Shown: positions 1 to 7,950 of the stretch, piece after piece | How positions within the stretch are numbered: position 1 is the first letter of the stretch | How the letters are laid out: each line of letters begins with the position of its first letter | NCBI RefSeq assembly: GCF_002310835.1 | Contig: NZ_CP011041.1 | Location: 2,430,001 to 2,462,000 of the forward strand | Reading direction: 5' to 3' | From: Pseudoalteromonas tetraodonis | GTDB lineage: Bacteria; Pseudomonadota; Gammaproteobacteria; Enterobacterales; Alteromonadaceae | DNA: 32,000 nt | Made by a program: the position numbers and the translations under genes | Notes under the pieces: model-generated | Databases searched by the model: none | The model's input: the letters and a program-made list of their open reading frames with translations, nothing else | What the model was told of the DNA's origin: nothing

Positions 1-37
1 CTCATCGCATTAAAATCACTTATCGTTAAGGCGAATC

Positions 38-958
38 ATTATTAAATTATTTAGCTTAACCTGCATTGTATTTTTTATAAGTTGGAGTGGACTCTCAAAG
101 CCGATTGAGCCGCAGTTATTCACTGATTTAACAACGCTAACCAGCTCTAAATTAGCAGGCAGAAAAACGAATAGTCACTCGGCTTTACTCACCAGAGAAT
201 ATTTAAAAGCACGCTTTAAAGAGCATCAACTGACGGTTATTGAACAACCTTTTACTTATCCATCAGGGCTGTTTTCTAAGGCGCAAGGCGTAAATATTGT
301 TGCGACCAAAACAGCAAAAAATTTGCCTGTTATTGTTATTACAGCGCATTACGACCATTTAGGCCTAAAAGCCGGAAAATTACATCCTGGTGCTAACGAT
401 AATGCCTCGGGTGTTGCCGCATTACTATACTTATCGAACGCTTTAAAGGTGCAATCATCCTATGGTTTTGTGTTTGTTGCAACAGACGCTGAAGAAAACG
501 GTTTACACGGCAGTGAGCACTTTGCCAAAACAATGCGCCAGTCTCCTATTGCTTTAAATATTAACTTAGATATGTTGGCAATTAAAAAATCGCATAAGCG
601 GTTATACGCGCTAACAAGTCGTTCGTTAAAAGGTCAACTCACTCCACTATTTAGCCAAATAAAAAATACGAGTGTCGAATTAAAGCCCGTTTATTCATCA
701 CGAAAAATGAGTCGACTCACCAACACGAAACAAATAGACTGGCACAGAGCCAGCGACCATTATTCATTCGCTAAACAAAAAATTCCGTATGTGTACTTCT
801 CGATGGGCGCCGATAACTATCATCACACAGCAAAAGATACGCTCGAAAATATTAACACTGCTCTTTATCAAGAAGCAGTATTGCTAATTGAGGCATTTAT
901 TAATCAGCTTTTGACAAACCCTGAGGTATTCAGTCCCCCCTTAAAAGCAGCAACGTAA
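38..958 (+). CDS. Secreted M28-family zinc aminopeptidase; start codon unresolved (canonical-start version is 323..958)
   Basis: ORF 323..958 carries M28 hallmarks: ITAHYDHLG, GANDNASGVAALL, TDAEENGLHGSEHF, and a late HH/AKD. The frame is open back to the TAA at 11-13. Residues encoded at 38-322 are clearly part of the same protein: signal-like KLFSLTCIVFFISWSGLS, then LAGRKTNSHSALLTREYLKARF and QGVNIVATK. This stretch has no ATG, GTG or TTG. ATT codons at 38 and 41 follow AAGG at 28-31. Confidence 0.7.
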   Translation: MIKLFSLTCIVFFISWSGLSKPIEPQLFTDLTTLTSSKLAGRKTNSHSALLTREYLKARFKEHQLTVIEQPFTYPSGLFSKAQGVNIVATKTAKNLPVIVITAHYDHLGLKAGKLHPGANDNASGVAALLYLSNALKVQSSYGFVFVATDAEENGLHGSEHFAKTMRQSPIALNINLDMLAIKKSHKRLYALTSRSLKGQLTPLFSQIKNTSVELKPVYSSRKMSRLTNTKQIDWHRASDHYSFAKQKIPYVYFSMGADNYHHTAKDTLENINTALYQEAVLLIEAFINQLLTNPEVFSPPLKAAT

Positions 959-1245
959 GCCTCTTTTTTTGCCCGTGGAAGTTTTTTAATCGCATATTCT
1001 AATTTACTTGCGTCGCTTTTAGTCCCAACTTGTTGCTGATGAATGAGCACCAGCGGTCCTTTCCCTTTGAGGTTTTTTGCCCCTTTACCCGCTTGGTGCG
1101 TTGCTAAACGACGCGCTACATCAACTGTAATGCCGGTATACCAATGACCAAACCGTGTTTGCACAATATACAGTGACCAAACAGCCGGTTTAATTTTACT
1201 ATTGCACAACTCATCGTTTAAACTTTTTTGATTATTAATGGTCAA
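904..1245 (-). CDS. GIY-YIG domain protein, UPF0213/YhbQ-like
   Basis: WSLYIVQTRFGHWYTGITVDVARRLATHQAGKGAKNLKGKGPL aligns by eye with the E. coli YhbQ GIY-YIG core ([36 protein letters not shown]). The 3' end overlaps the convergent peptidase gene by 55 nt. Confidence 0.8.
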   Translation of the reverse strand: MTINNQKSLNDELCNSKIKPAVWSLYIVQTRFGHWYTGITVDVARRLATHQAGKGAKNLKGKGPLVLIHQQQVGTKSDASKLEYAIKKLPRAKKEAYVAAFKGGLNTSGFVKS

Positions 1246-1351
1246 AACCTCGCCTTAACGCGCTAAACAAAAACAATTACTCAAAAGGGTTTTACCTTGA
1301 GTGACTAATCGGTATCATGCAGACTATAAAAAATAAGGATCACAACTAACA

Positions 1352-1711
1352 ATGCAGTCGTTAAAAACTTTTTCTCTTTGGCTTATCGTCGCTTTAACGC
1401 TTAGTTCAGCCGCAGGTTGTTCTAGCTGGGTGTACAGAATCAACATCCCTCAAGGTAACTTTTTAGAACAATCAGACGTTGATAAGCTTCGCGTTAATAT
1501 GACTCGCGAGCAAGTAATTTATGTACTAGGCAGACCGATTGCCGAAGACGCCTTCGATAAAAATACTTGGCGTTACGTTTATAGCTTTAATAAAGGGCGC
1601 GCTAATGAACAATATAAATCATTAGTATTAAACTTTGAAAATGAAAAGTTGGTGACGGTCTCTGGTGACTATGAGCAACCAGAAAACTTTACAACCCCTT
1701 TAGAGCAATAA
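1352..1711 (+). CDS. bamE: Outer membrane assembly lipoprotein BamE (SmpA/OmlA)
   Basis: Signal peptide with lipobox SSAAG|C. VYRINIPQGNFLEQSDVDKLRVNMTREQVIYVLGRP..NTWRYVY matches the E. coli BamE core. It sits in the conserved position next to rnfH-ratA-smpB. Confidence 0.9.
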   Translation: MQSLKTFSLWLIVALTLSSAAGCSSWVYRINIPQGNFLEQSDVDKLRVNMTREQVIYVLGRPIAEDAFDKNTWRYVYSFNKGRANEQYKSLVLNFENEKLVTVSGDYEQPENFTTPLEQ

Positions 1712-1729
1712 GCCATTTGGGTTTAATTT

Positions 1730-1757
1730 AAAAAGGTGAGCATAGCTCACCTTTTTT
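1730..1757. terminator. Bidirectional rho-independent terminator between bamE and rnfH
   Basis: A-run, stem GGTGAGC / GCTCACC with loop ATA, then a T-run, lying between two convergent stop codons. Confidence 0.8.
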
Positions 1758-1761
1758 GTAT

Positions 1762-2085
1762 CTAACGATCTAACGGTCGGCCACCGGTTACTTTATTTGC
1801 GCGGCCCTCTTCTTTGGCTTTTTCGGCGCGCTTTCTGCGGGCATCTTTAGGGTCGGCAATTAATGGGCGGTAAATTTCAACTCTATCGCCGTCTTTAAGC
1901 TCATGATTAAGCTTTACCGTTCTGTTCCATACACCTAAAGTTAAAGCGGTTGCATCAATTTCAGGGCACTTCTTAATAATACCTGATTGGATCACTGCTT
2001 GCTCTGCGGTGGTACCTTGGAATACTTCTATATTTAACGTGGTTGCTTTCGTTGGCAACGCAAACACAATTTCAATATTGATCAT
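1762..2085 (-). CDS. rnfH: RnfH/YfjF ubiquitin-fold protein
   Basis: GDRVEIYRPLIADPKDARRKRAEK is nearly identical to the E. coli RnfH C-terminal region. A 4-nt ATGA overlap joins it to ratA upstream. Confidence 0.9.
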   Translation of the reverse strand: MINIEIVFALPTKATTLNIEVFQGTTAEQAVIQSGIIKKCPEIDATALTLGVWNRTVKLNHELKDGDRVEIYRPLIADPKDARRKRAEKAKEEGRANKVTGGRPLDR

Positions 2086-2522
2086 GCTCGCTCTCCATAT
2101 ACCGCTTTTGCACGTTGAGTAAAGGCACTCACCATATTTTTAGCTACATCATTAAAAATTTTACCAAACGCAAGTTCTATTAACTTACTAGAAAATTCAA
2201 AGTCTAGCTGTAAATGCACTTTGCACGCATGCGCATCTAATTGCTGAAAATGCCAGCGACCTTGTAAGGTTTTAAAAGGCCCATCGACCAAGCGAAGCAT
2301 CACTGTTTGCTCATCAATTAGCGTATTTTCAGTGGTAAACCATTTTTTTATACCGGCTTTAGATATTTCTAAACTGGCGGTCATGTTATTATCATGCTGC
2401 TTAATAATTTTTGAGTCTGAACAATTAGGTAAAAACTGCGAATAAGCTTCTACATCATTGACTAGATCAAACATCTCTTTAGTGCTGTACATAACCAGCG
2501 CACTTTTCTCTATTTGTGGCAT
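2082..2522 (-). CDS. ratA: SRPBCC/START-fold protein RatA (YfjG; Coq10-like ubiquinone-binding/ribosome-association family)
   Basis: MPQIEKSALVMYS...VSKAGIKKWFTTENTL...LVDGPFKTLQGRWHF...LDFEFSSKLIELAFGKIF aligns along its whole length with E. coli RatA. The ORF track starts at TTG 2534. The ATG at 2522, preceded by GGGAG, matches the E. coli MPQI start and is preferred. Confidence 0.88.
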   Translation of the reverse strand: MPQIEKSALVMYSTKEMFDLVNDVEAYSQFLPNCSDSKIIKQHDNNMTASLEISKAGIKKWFTTENTLIDEQTVMLRLVDGPFKTLQGRWHFQQLDAHACKVHLQLDFEFSSKLIELAFGKIFNDVAKNMVSAFTQRAKAVYGERA

Positions 2523-2614
2523 ACTCACTCCCAACTGTGTGCAGGAATTTTAGCAAGCTTTGTGCGTTTCCCCAAACTTTCATCGCGCTTAAATGAATCC
2601 TTCGCTTTTGCATG

Positions 2615-2620
2615 TATAAT
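2615..2620 (+). promoter_or_regulatory. Candidate -10 hexamer (TATAAT) for smpB
   Basis: A perfect TATAAT lies about 50 nt upstream of the smpB ATG in the ratA/smpB divergent spacer. The -35 is poor. Motif-level evidence only. Confidence 0.25.
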
Positions 2621-2670
2621 TTAAAAAAATCGATGTAAAACATCTCGTATAACGTATATTATAGGGCACT

Positions 2671-3150
2671 ATGGCTAAGAAAAATTCATCAAAATCGACA
2701 AGTAATACCATCGCGCTAAATAAAAAAGCGCGACACGAGTATTTTTTACACGACAAGTTTGAAGCAGGTATTGAACTCCAAGGCTGGGAAGTAAAAAGTA
2801 TCCGAGCAGGTAAAGTAAATATCTCTGAAACTTATATTCATCTTAAAAACGGTGAAGCGTTTTTATTAGGCAGCACAATCCAGCCTTTAAATAGTGCATC
2901 AACCCATGTTATTTGCGACCCGCTGCGTTATCGTAAATTATTACTAAGCAGACGTGAACTTGACCGTTTGGTTGGTGCAACCGAGCGTGATGGTTATTCA
3001 TTAATTGCCACAGCTATGTATTGGAAAAAATGCTGGGTAAAGCTTGAATTCCATTTAGCGAAAGGTAAGAAAATGCATGACAAACGTGAAGACGGTAAAA
3101 ATAAAGATTGGTCCCGTGAAAAAGAACGCTTAATGAAACATAAAGTTTAA
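2671..3150 (+). CDS. smpB: SsrA-binding protein SmpB
   Basis: [41 protein letters not shown]...[21 protein letters not shown] is highly similar to E. coli SmpB. The length is typical at 159 aa. Confidence 0.95.
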   Translation: MAKKNSSKSTSNTIALNKKARHEYFLHDKFEAGIELQGWEVKSIRAGKVNISETYIHLKNGEAFLLGSTIQPLNSASTHVICDPLRYRKLLLSRRELDRLVGATERDGYSLIATAMYWKKCWVKLEFHLAKGKKMHDKREDGKNKDWSREKERLMKHKV

Positions 3151-3152
3151 AT

Positions 3153-3186
3153 AAAAAAGCCTAACATCATGTTAGGCTTTTTTTTG
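3153..3186 (+). terminator. Rho-independent terminator of smpB
   Basis: AAAAAAGCCTAACAT C ATGTTAGGC followed by a run of 8 or more T, immediately after the smpB stop. Confidence 0.85.
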
Positions 3187-3357
3187 CTAAATTTTTAGGA
3201 AAATACAAATTATTACAAATTAAAGTCGCTCGGCGTTTTGTTTATTAATAATAACTAAATCACGTTACAGCGCCAAATAGCGAGCATCCTATCGTTTACC
3301 TTTATTGAGAAAATCAGTACATATTAGTGCAGATAACAAAATCATCTTTGTGGCCAA

Positions 3358-3386
3358 TTGACAACAGTTAAGTTACATGGTATTAA
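3358..3386 (+). promoter_or_regulatory. Candidate sigma-70 promoter of the TonB-dependent receptor gene
   Basis: TTGACA (3358-3363), a 17-nt spacer, then TATTAA (3381-3386), about 50 nt upstream of the ATG at 3439. Motif-level evidence only. Confidence 0.35.
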
Positions 3387-3438
3387 TAATTCGACTTGTA
3401 AAACAAGTAAATTATAACATATCAACAAGGACTTAAGG

Positions 3439-6033
3439 ATGAAGCAATCAATTGCATTTACACCGAGCTTAATCATCGGTGCTACTATCGCATTGTCAGC
3501 AGGTTTTAGTACAACGACTTATGCTGCACAGCAAACTGCAGAAAAAGTAGAACGTATTCAAGTAACAGGCTCTCGTATCAAACGTTCGGACATCGAAGGC
3601 CCGTCTCCAGTACAATCCATTAATAAAGAAGACATCGAAAACATGGGTTATGACAACCTACAACAGCTTCTTGAAAGAATGCCTGTTGCAGGTAATGGTA
3701 CTTTTTCAACCCGTGGTAATAACCAAGACTCAACCGCAAATGGCTCAGCTGCCGTCAGCCTTCGTGGCTTAGGCGCCGATGCTACCTTGGTACTTATTAA
3801 TGGTCGTCGTGTTGCAATCAGTGCATTTGCTGAAGGGATCACCAACTCATTCGTTGATATCAACAGTATTCCTGTTTCAGCAATCGAACGTATTGATATT
3901 TTAAAAGATGGCGCCTCAGCAATCTATGGCTCTGATGCTGTAGCGGGTGTTGTAAATGTTATCTTGAAAAAAGATATTGACGGTATTGAAGTAAACTTAG
4001 GTTACGGCGGCACAGATGGCCCTAACTATGAAGAAACTACAGCCAGTATTGTTTGGGGTACTACTAGTGCAAAAAGTAGCGCATCCGTTATTATTGATTA
4101 CTTTAAAAATACCTCTTTATCATCAGATGAAATGGGGCGTTTAGGTACTGCTAATCAATCTCCATATGGCGGTGAAGATTTCCGTTCATCACGTGGCTTC
4201 CCTGGCTACTTCTATGTTGATGGCGTTAAAACAATTGACCCTGCGTGTCCTGCAGAAAATGCAACATCAAGTGGCAGTTGTTTATTTGACTATGGTCCAT
4301 TTGGCTATATTGCACCGGCATCAGAACGTGTAGGTGCTATTTCACAATTTGAATACCGCTTTGATAATGGCATAACGGGCTTCTTAGAAATGGCCGTTCA
4401 GCACAACAGCTCAATTGCAGCAGGTGCCCCAACGCCACTTGATGAAGATGCGGGCTTAACAGTACCAGGTAGTCACCCTAATAACCCATTCGGCCAAGAT
4501 ATTGAAATAGGTCGTTACAGAACCGTAGATGCGGGTGCGCGCCAATGGGATATCGAATCAGACACATTACGTTTTGTTGCTGGTTTAAAAGGTGAAATAA
4601 ACGATTGGAGCTGGGAAACAGCGGTACAAAAAGGACGTAGTAAGTCATTACAAACTGGGGATCGCTCACAAGGTTGGGTACGCACCGACTTCTTACAACA
4701 AGAAATTGATGCCGGTAACTACAACCCATTTGGCGGCACTTACAACGATCCGGCCGTAATTGATAGAATTACTACGAGTTTGGTTCGTCAAGGCGAGTCT
4801 CATATGACGTCGTTCGATGCTAACATTTCAGGTGAAGCATTTAGCTTTGGTGATGATGTTGTCATGATGGCGGCCGGTATTGAATACCGCGAAGAGGACG
4901 TAACGGATACGCCAGATGATCAATTCCAACGAGGATTAATCTTTGGTACCGAGTCTGTGTCAGCTGCAGCAGAGCGTGACCAATACGCTGCCTATGTAGA
5001 GTTTTCAATTCCACTTGCTGAGAACTTAGAGCTACAACTTGCTGGTCGTTACGATGATTACAGTGACTTTGGTACCACAACCAATCCTAAAGTCGCTTTA
5101 CGCTGGGCACCTACAGATGAAATCACAGTACGTGGTTCATGGGCGCAAGGCTTTAGAGCACCGTCACTTGCACAAGTAGGTTTAGGGCCATCTCAGGAAA
5201 GTCAGTTCTTTATTGATAACTATCGCTGTGATGCAACAGGTAAAGATTGTGATCCGCTAGATTACAACATTGAATTTGCCGGTAACCCTGATTTAGAAGC
5301 TGAAGAGTCTGAATCTTGGAACGTCGGCTTTATTTGGGCACCTACAACTGACTTTGGTTTGAGTGTAGATGTATGGAGTATCACCCAAGACAATAAAATT
5401 GATGAGCAAGAGTTTGGTCCAATTTACAACTCAGAGTGTAATAACCAAAACAGTACCGTATGTGTTCGCTTACCTCCTTCAGGTACGGACAGTTTAGGGA
5501 CTATTCAAAAGATTTTCAGTACTTTTGAAAATGTATCATCACAAGAAGTTTCGGGCGTTGATATTTCAGCAAATTACAACCACTCACTGGATGATTTAGG
5601 CTTACTAAAATTCAATTTAGAATGGGCTTATCAAGATAAATTTGAAAAAGACGGCCGCGATTATACCGGCGAATATGGTTACCCAGAGCATCGCTGGATT
5701 TTCTCAACTAACTGGGAAATTGGTCAGTTCAACACAAACATGAACATTAGTTATGTAGGTGAGTTTGAAGATACGCCAGATATTGACTTCGATGGTAACT
5801 TAGACTTCGATAGTAATACATCACGTACTGTTGATTCACAAGTACTGGTAGATTTACAAACATCATACCGTATTACTAAGTCAGCAAAAGTATCACTAGG
5901 TGTGAACAACTTATTTGATGAAGAGCCACCGTTTGCAATTGGTGACGGTGATTCAGATCTGTATGGTTACGCATCGGGTGTACACAACCCTCGTGGTCGT
6001 TACATTTACACTAAAGTTAGCTTTTCGTTTTAA
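3439..6033 (+). CDS. TonB-dependent outer-membrane receptor, substrate unknown
   Basis: Signal peptide ending TYA|AQQ and a TonB-box-like ERIQVTGSRIKR. Plug motifs are SLRGLGADATLVLINGRR and IERIDILKDGASAIYGSDAVAGVVNVILKK. A long beta-barrel region ends in a C-terminal aromatic (..KVSFSF). AAGGA lies before the ATG. Confidence 0.92.
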   Translation: MKQSIAFTPSLIIGATIALSAGFSTTTYAAQQTAEKVERIQVTGSRIKRSDIEGPSPVQSINKEDIENMGYDNLQQLLERMPVAGNGTFSTRGNNQDSTANGSAAVSLRGLGADATLVLINGRRVAISAFAEGITNSFVDINSIPVSAIERIDILKDGASAIYGSDAVAGVVNVILKKDIDGIEVNLGYGGTDGPNYEETTASIVWGTTSAKSSASVIIDYFKNTSLSSDEMGRLGTANQSPYGGEDFRSSRGFPGYFYVDGVKTIDPACPAENATSSGSCLFDYGPFGYIAPASERVGAISQFEYRFDNGITGFLEMAVQHNSSIAAGAPTPLDEDAGLTVPGSHPNNPFGQDIEIGRYRTVDAGARQWDIESDTLRFVAGLKGEINDWSWETAVQKGRSKSLQTGDRSQGWVRTDFLQQEIDAGNYNPFGGTYNDPAVIDRITTSLVRQGESHMTSFDANISGEAFSFGDDVVMMAAGIEYREEDVTDTPDDQFQRGLIFGTESVSAAAERDQYAAYVEFSIPLAENLELQLAGRYDDYSDFGTTTNPKVALRWAPTDEITVRGSWAQGFRAPSLAQVGLGPSQESQFFIDNYRCDATGKDCDPLDYNIEFAGNPDLEAEESESWNVGFIWAPTTDFGLSVDVWSITQDNKIDEQEFGPIYNSECNNQNSTVCVRLPPSGTDSLGTIQKIFSTFENVSSQEVSGVDISANYNHSLDDLGLLKFNLEWAYQDKFEKDGRDYTGEYGYPEHRWIFSTNWEIGQFNTNMNISYVGEFEDTPDIDFDGNLDFDSNTSRTVDSQVLVDLQTSYRITKSAKVSLGVNNLFDEEPPFAIGDGDSDLYGYASGVHNPRGRYIYTKVSFSF

Positions 6034-6043
6034 TTTAAAATAA

Positions 6044-6075
6044 TAAAAAAACCGCCATTTTGGCGGTTTTTTTTC
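6044..6075. terminator. Bidirectional terminator between the TonB-dependent receptor and peroxiredoxin genes
   Basis: AAAAAAA ACCGCCA TTT TGGCGGT TTTTTTTT between convergent stops. Confidence 0.85.
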
Positions 6076-6093
6076 TTAAACTAAAGGGCTAAA

Positions 6094-6699
6094 TTATAGC
6101 TCGCCTTCGTTTTCAGATAAGAATTTAGCAACGCCTTCAGGGCTTGCGTCCATTCCTTTTTTACCTTCAGTCCAACCAGCAGGACATACTTCACCGTGCT
6201 CGCTGTGGAATGCTAGTGCATCAACCATACGGATCATTTCGTCAATGTTACGACCCAGTGGTAAATCGTTCACTACTTGGTGACGTACGTTACCTTCTTC
6301 ATCGATTAGGAAAGAACCACGAAATGCAACGCCCGCTTCTGGGTGCTCAACGTCGTATGCTTTACAGATTTCGTGTTTAACGTCTGCAACTAGTGCGTAT
6401 TGAACTTTACCAATACCGCCGTCTGCTACAGCCGTGTTACGCCATGCGTTGTGTGAGAATTGTGAATCGATAGAAACACCAATTACTTCTACGCCACGTT
6501 TTTGGAATTCTGCATAACGCTTATCAAAAGCAATAAGCTCAGAAGGACATACAAATGTGAAATCTAGTGGGTAGAAAAAGATTACTGCTTTTTTACCTTT
6601 GATTTTTTCGTGAAGGTTATAGCTATCTACAATCTCACCGTTACCTAGAACAGCTGCAGCGGTAAAGTCTGGTGCCTGACGGCCTACTAATACACCCAT
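6094..6699 (-). CDS. Typical 2-Cys peroxiredoxin (AhpC/Tsa family)
   Basis: Peroxidatic motif DFTFVCPSE and resolving motif GEVCPAGW. The ORF-track start at 6744 adds 15 non-conserved residues. The ATG at 6699 (MGVLVGRQAPDF) has GGAGA 5 nt upstream. No ahpF is adjacent. Confidence 0.9.
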   Translation of the reverse strand: MGVLVGRQAPDFTAAAVLGNGEIVDSYNLHEKIKGKKAVIFFYPLDFTFVCPSELIAFDKRYAEFQKRGVEVIGVSIDSQFSHNAWRNTAVADGGIGKVQYALVADVKHEICKAYDVEHPEAGVAFRGSFLIDEEGNVRHQVVNDLPLGRNIDEMIRMVDALAFHSEHGEVCPAGWTEGKKGMDASPEGVAKFLSENEGEL

Positions 6700-6903
6700 T
6701 TTATTCTCCAAATATTTTGAGTTTATTGTCAATTGCTTACGCAATACTGATTACTAATATGGGCACTAATTTTAAAATTACAATAGCAACCATATTTAAT
6801 TAAACATTATTCTATGGCTATCAAAAATAAATTAACAATCGTATTTATAGATAGCACCGTTCTAAAATAGCGAACGCTTGATAAATGGACTGATTTTTAA
6901 TCA

Positions 6904-6934
6904 TAAAAAAACCTGCTTTAAGCAGGTTCTTTTT
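6904..6934 (-). terminator. Rho-independent terminator of fadR
   Basis: Stem ACCTGC / GCAGGT flanked by an A-run (a U-run on the minus-strand transcript), directly after the fadR stop at 6936. Confidence 0.75.
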
Positions 6935-6935
6935 A

Positions 6936-7649
6936 CTAATCCATAATATCGCTAGGCATATCACCGCGAATATGTTGCCATATTTCGCCGGTTTGATGAC
7001 CATATTTACGCATCATGAATATTGCACCATCGTGCTCTTTATTCTCAGCAAGCTTAGTTAAGTCTTTATAAAACTGGCGTGCAAGCTCGCGAGTGCGAGG
7101 ATCTGAAAAGTAATGGCAGCCAATCTTAGAATAAAAACCTTTAAAGCCATTAAGGATGAGCACATAAATGCGATTATTACCGGCAACAGCTAATTCATGA
7201 TGAACTTTATAATCATAATCTGCAAACGCTTGCGCGCTGTCTTCTAATTCATCGCTTTGTGATAAAATTTCGATAACACGCTCTGGTGCAAGTTTTATAG
7301 CTGCACGGGTATAAATTGCGCTGATATTAGTACGTGCTGAGAGTAACTGATCGGTTAGCTCTGGCATTTTATCTTCATCTAAACGTGCCAGTGTTTCAAG
7401 GATATTTAATCCTGAGGTTTCCCAAAAGTTATTAACGCGAGTAGGTTTACCATGTTGTATTGTTAACCAACCGTCTCTAGCTAATCGCTGTAATACTTCT
7501 CGTAATGTGGTTCTAGTAACACCAATTAACTCTGAGAGTTCACGCTCAGCAGGCAGAATTGAACCTGGAGGAAAATCACCATTCCAGATTGACTCTACTA
7601 TGTATTCCTCAGCAAATCCTGCTGGGCTTTTCGCTTTAAAAATTCTCAT
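6936..7649 (-). CDS. fadR: Fatty-acid metabolism regulator FadR (GntR family)
   Basis: [84 protein letters not shown] is almost identical to E. coli FadR. It is E. coli-length at 237 aa, with no Vibrio-type insertion. Confidence 0.95.
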   Translation of the reverse strand: MRIFKAKSPAGFAEEYIVESIWNGDFPPGSILPAERELSELIGVTRTTLREVLQRLARDGWLTIQHGKPTRVNNFWETSGLNILETLARLDEDKMPELTDQLLSARTNISAIYTRAAIKLAPERVIEILSQSDELEDSAQAFADYDYKVHHELAVAGNNRIYVLILNGFKGFYSKIGCHYFSDPRTRELARQFYKDLTKLAENKEHDGAIFMMRKYGHQTGEIWQHIRGDMPSDIMD

Positions 7650-7728
7650 TCAATTCCTACTCGAATTAATTCACATCACATCGCTACATACGATTAACTG
7701 ACTGATTGTACCAGACAAGCCACAACTA

Positions 7729-7785
7729 ACAAGTAAAGTAAGTTAAATTACCTAGGTATGTGATTAAAAAGGCAACTTTACTTGT
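7729..7785. repeat. 11-bp perfect inverted repeat (ACAAGTAAAGT ... ACTTTACTTGT) with a 35-nt spacer in the fadR-nhaB spacer
   Basis: Read directly: 7729-7739 is the exact reverse complement of 7775-7785. The loop contains the palindrome CCTAGG. Confidence 0.6.
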
Positions 7786-7950
7786 ATGATTCGCTAGTTT
7801 TACCGATAGGTTTTAAACACAATATGAATGCCAACCTATTATTCATACCAGACACTTTGACTATTATTATTTAGTTGTTTACACCCTCTATAAGCTGGAC
7901 TAAGTTAATGACATTAACCAGACTATTAAACGCCTCCCTAGGGAAAAATC

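Noticed and set aside
1762-2522. ratA-rnfH considered as a toxin-antitoxin or accessory module
   Set aside because: This is the universally conserved smpB-linked yfjG-yfjF pair in its canonical position and orientation, so it is housekeeping context rather than an accessory or novel system.
3330-3350. Possible Fur box (GATAACAAAATCATC) upstream of the TonB-dependent receptor
   Set aside because: My best alignment to the 19-bp Fur consensus GATAATGATAATCATTATC gives only about half the positions matching. That is not distinguishable from AT-rich background.
3377-3435. 19-codon upstream ORF (MVLIIRLVKQVNYNISTRT) ending in the Shine-Dalgarno region of the TonB-dependent receptor gene, considered as a leader peptide
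   Set aside because: It has no ribosome-binding site. Its ATG lies upstream of the best -10 candidate, so it would probably not be transcribed with the gene.
6783-6870. Several ATAG/CTAT tetramers upstream of the peroxiredoxin gene, considered as an OxyR site
   Set aside because: The spacing between tetramers does not fit the ATAG-N7-CTAT-N7-ATAG-N7-CTAT architecture, so no consistent four-element site could be built.
7849-7857. A second copy of TACCAGACA (also at 7709-7717) in the fadR-nhaB spacer, considered as a second FadR half-site or direct repeat
   Set aside because: The left half of a would-be dyad (TTATT) does not match CTGGT. A single 9-mer repeat within 300 bp has an appreciable chance probability.
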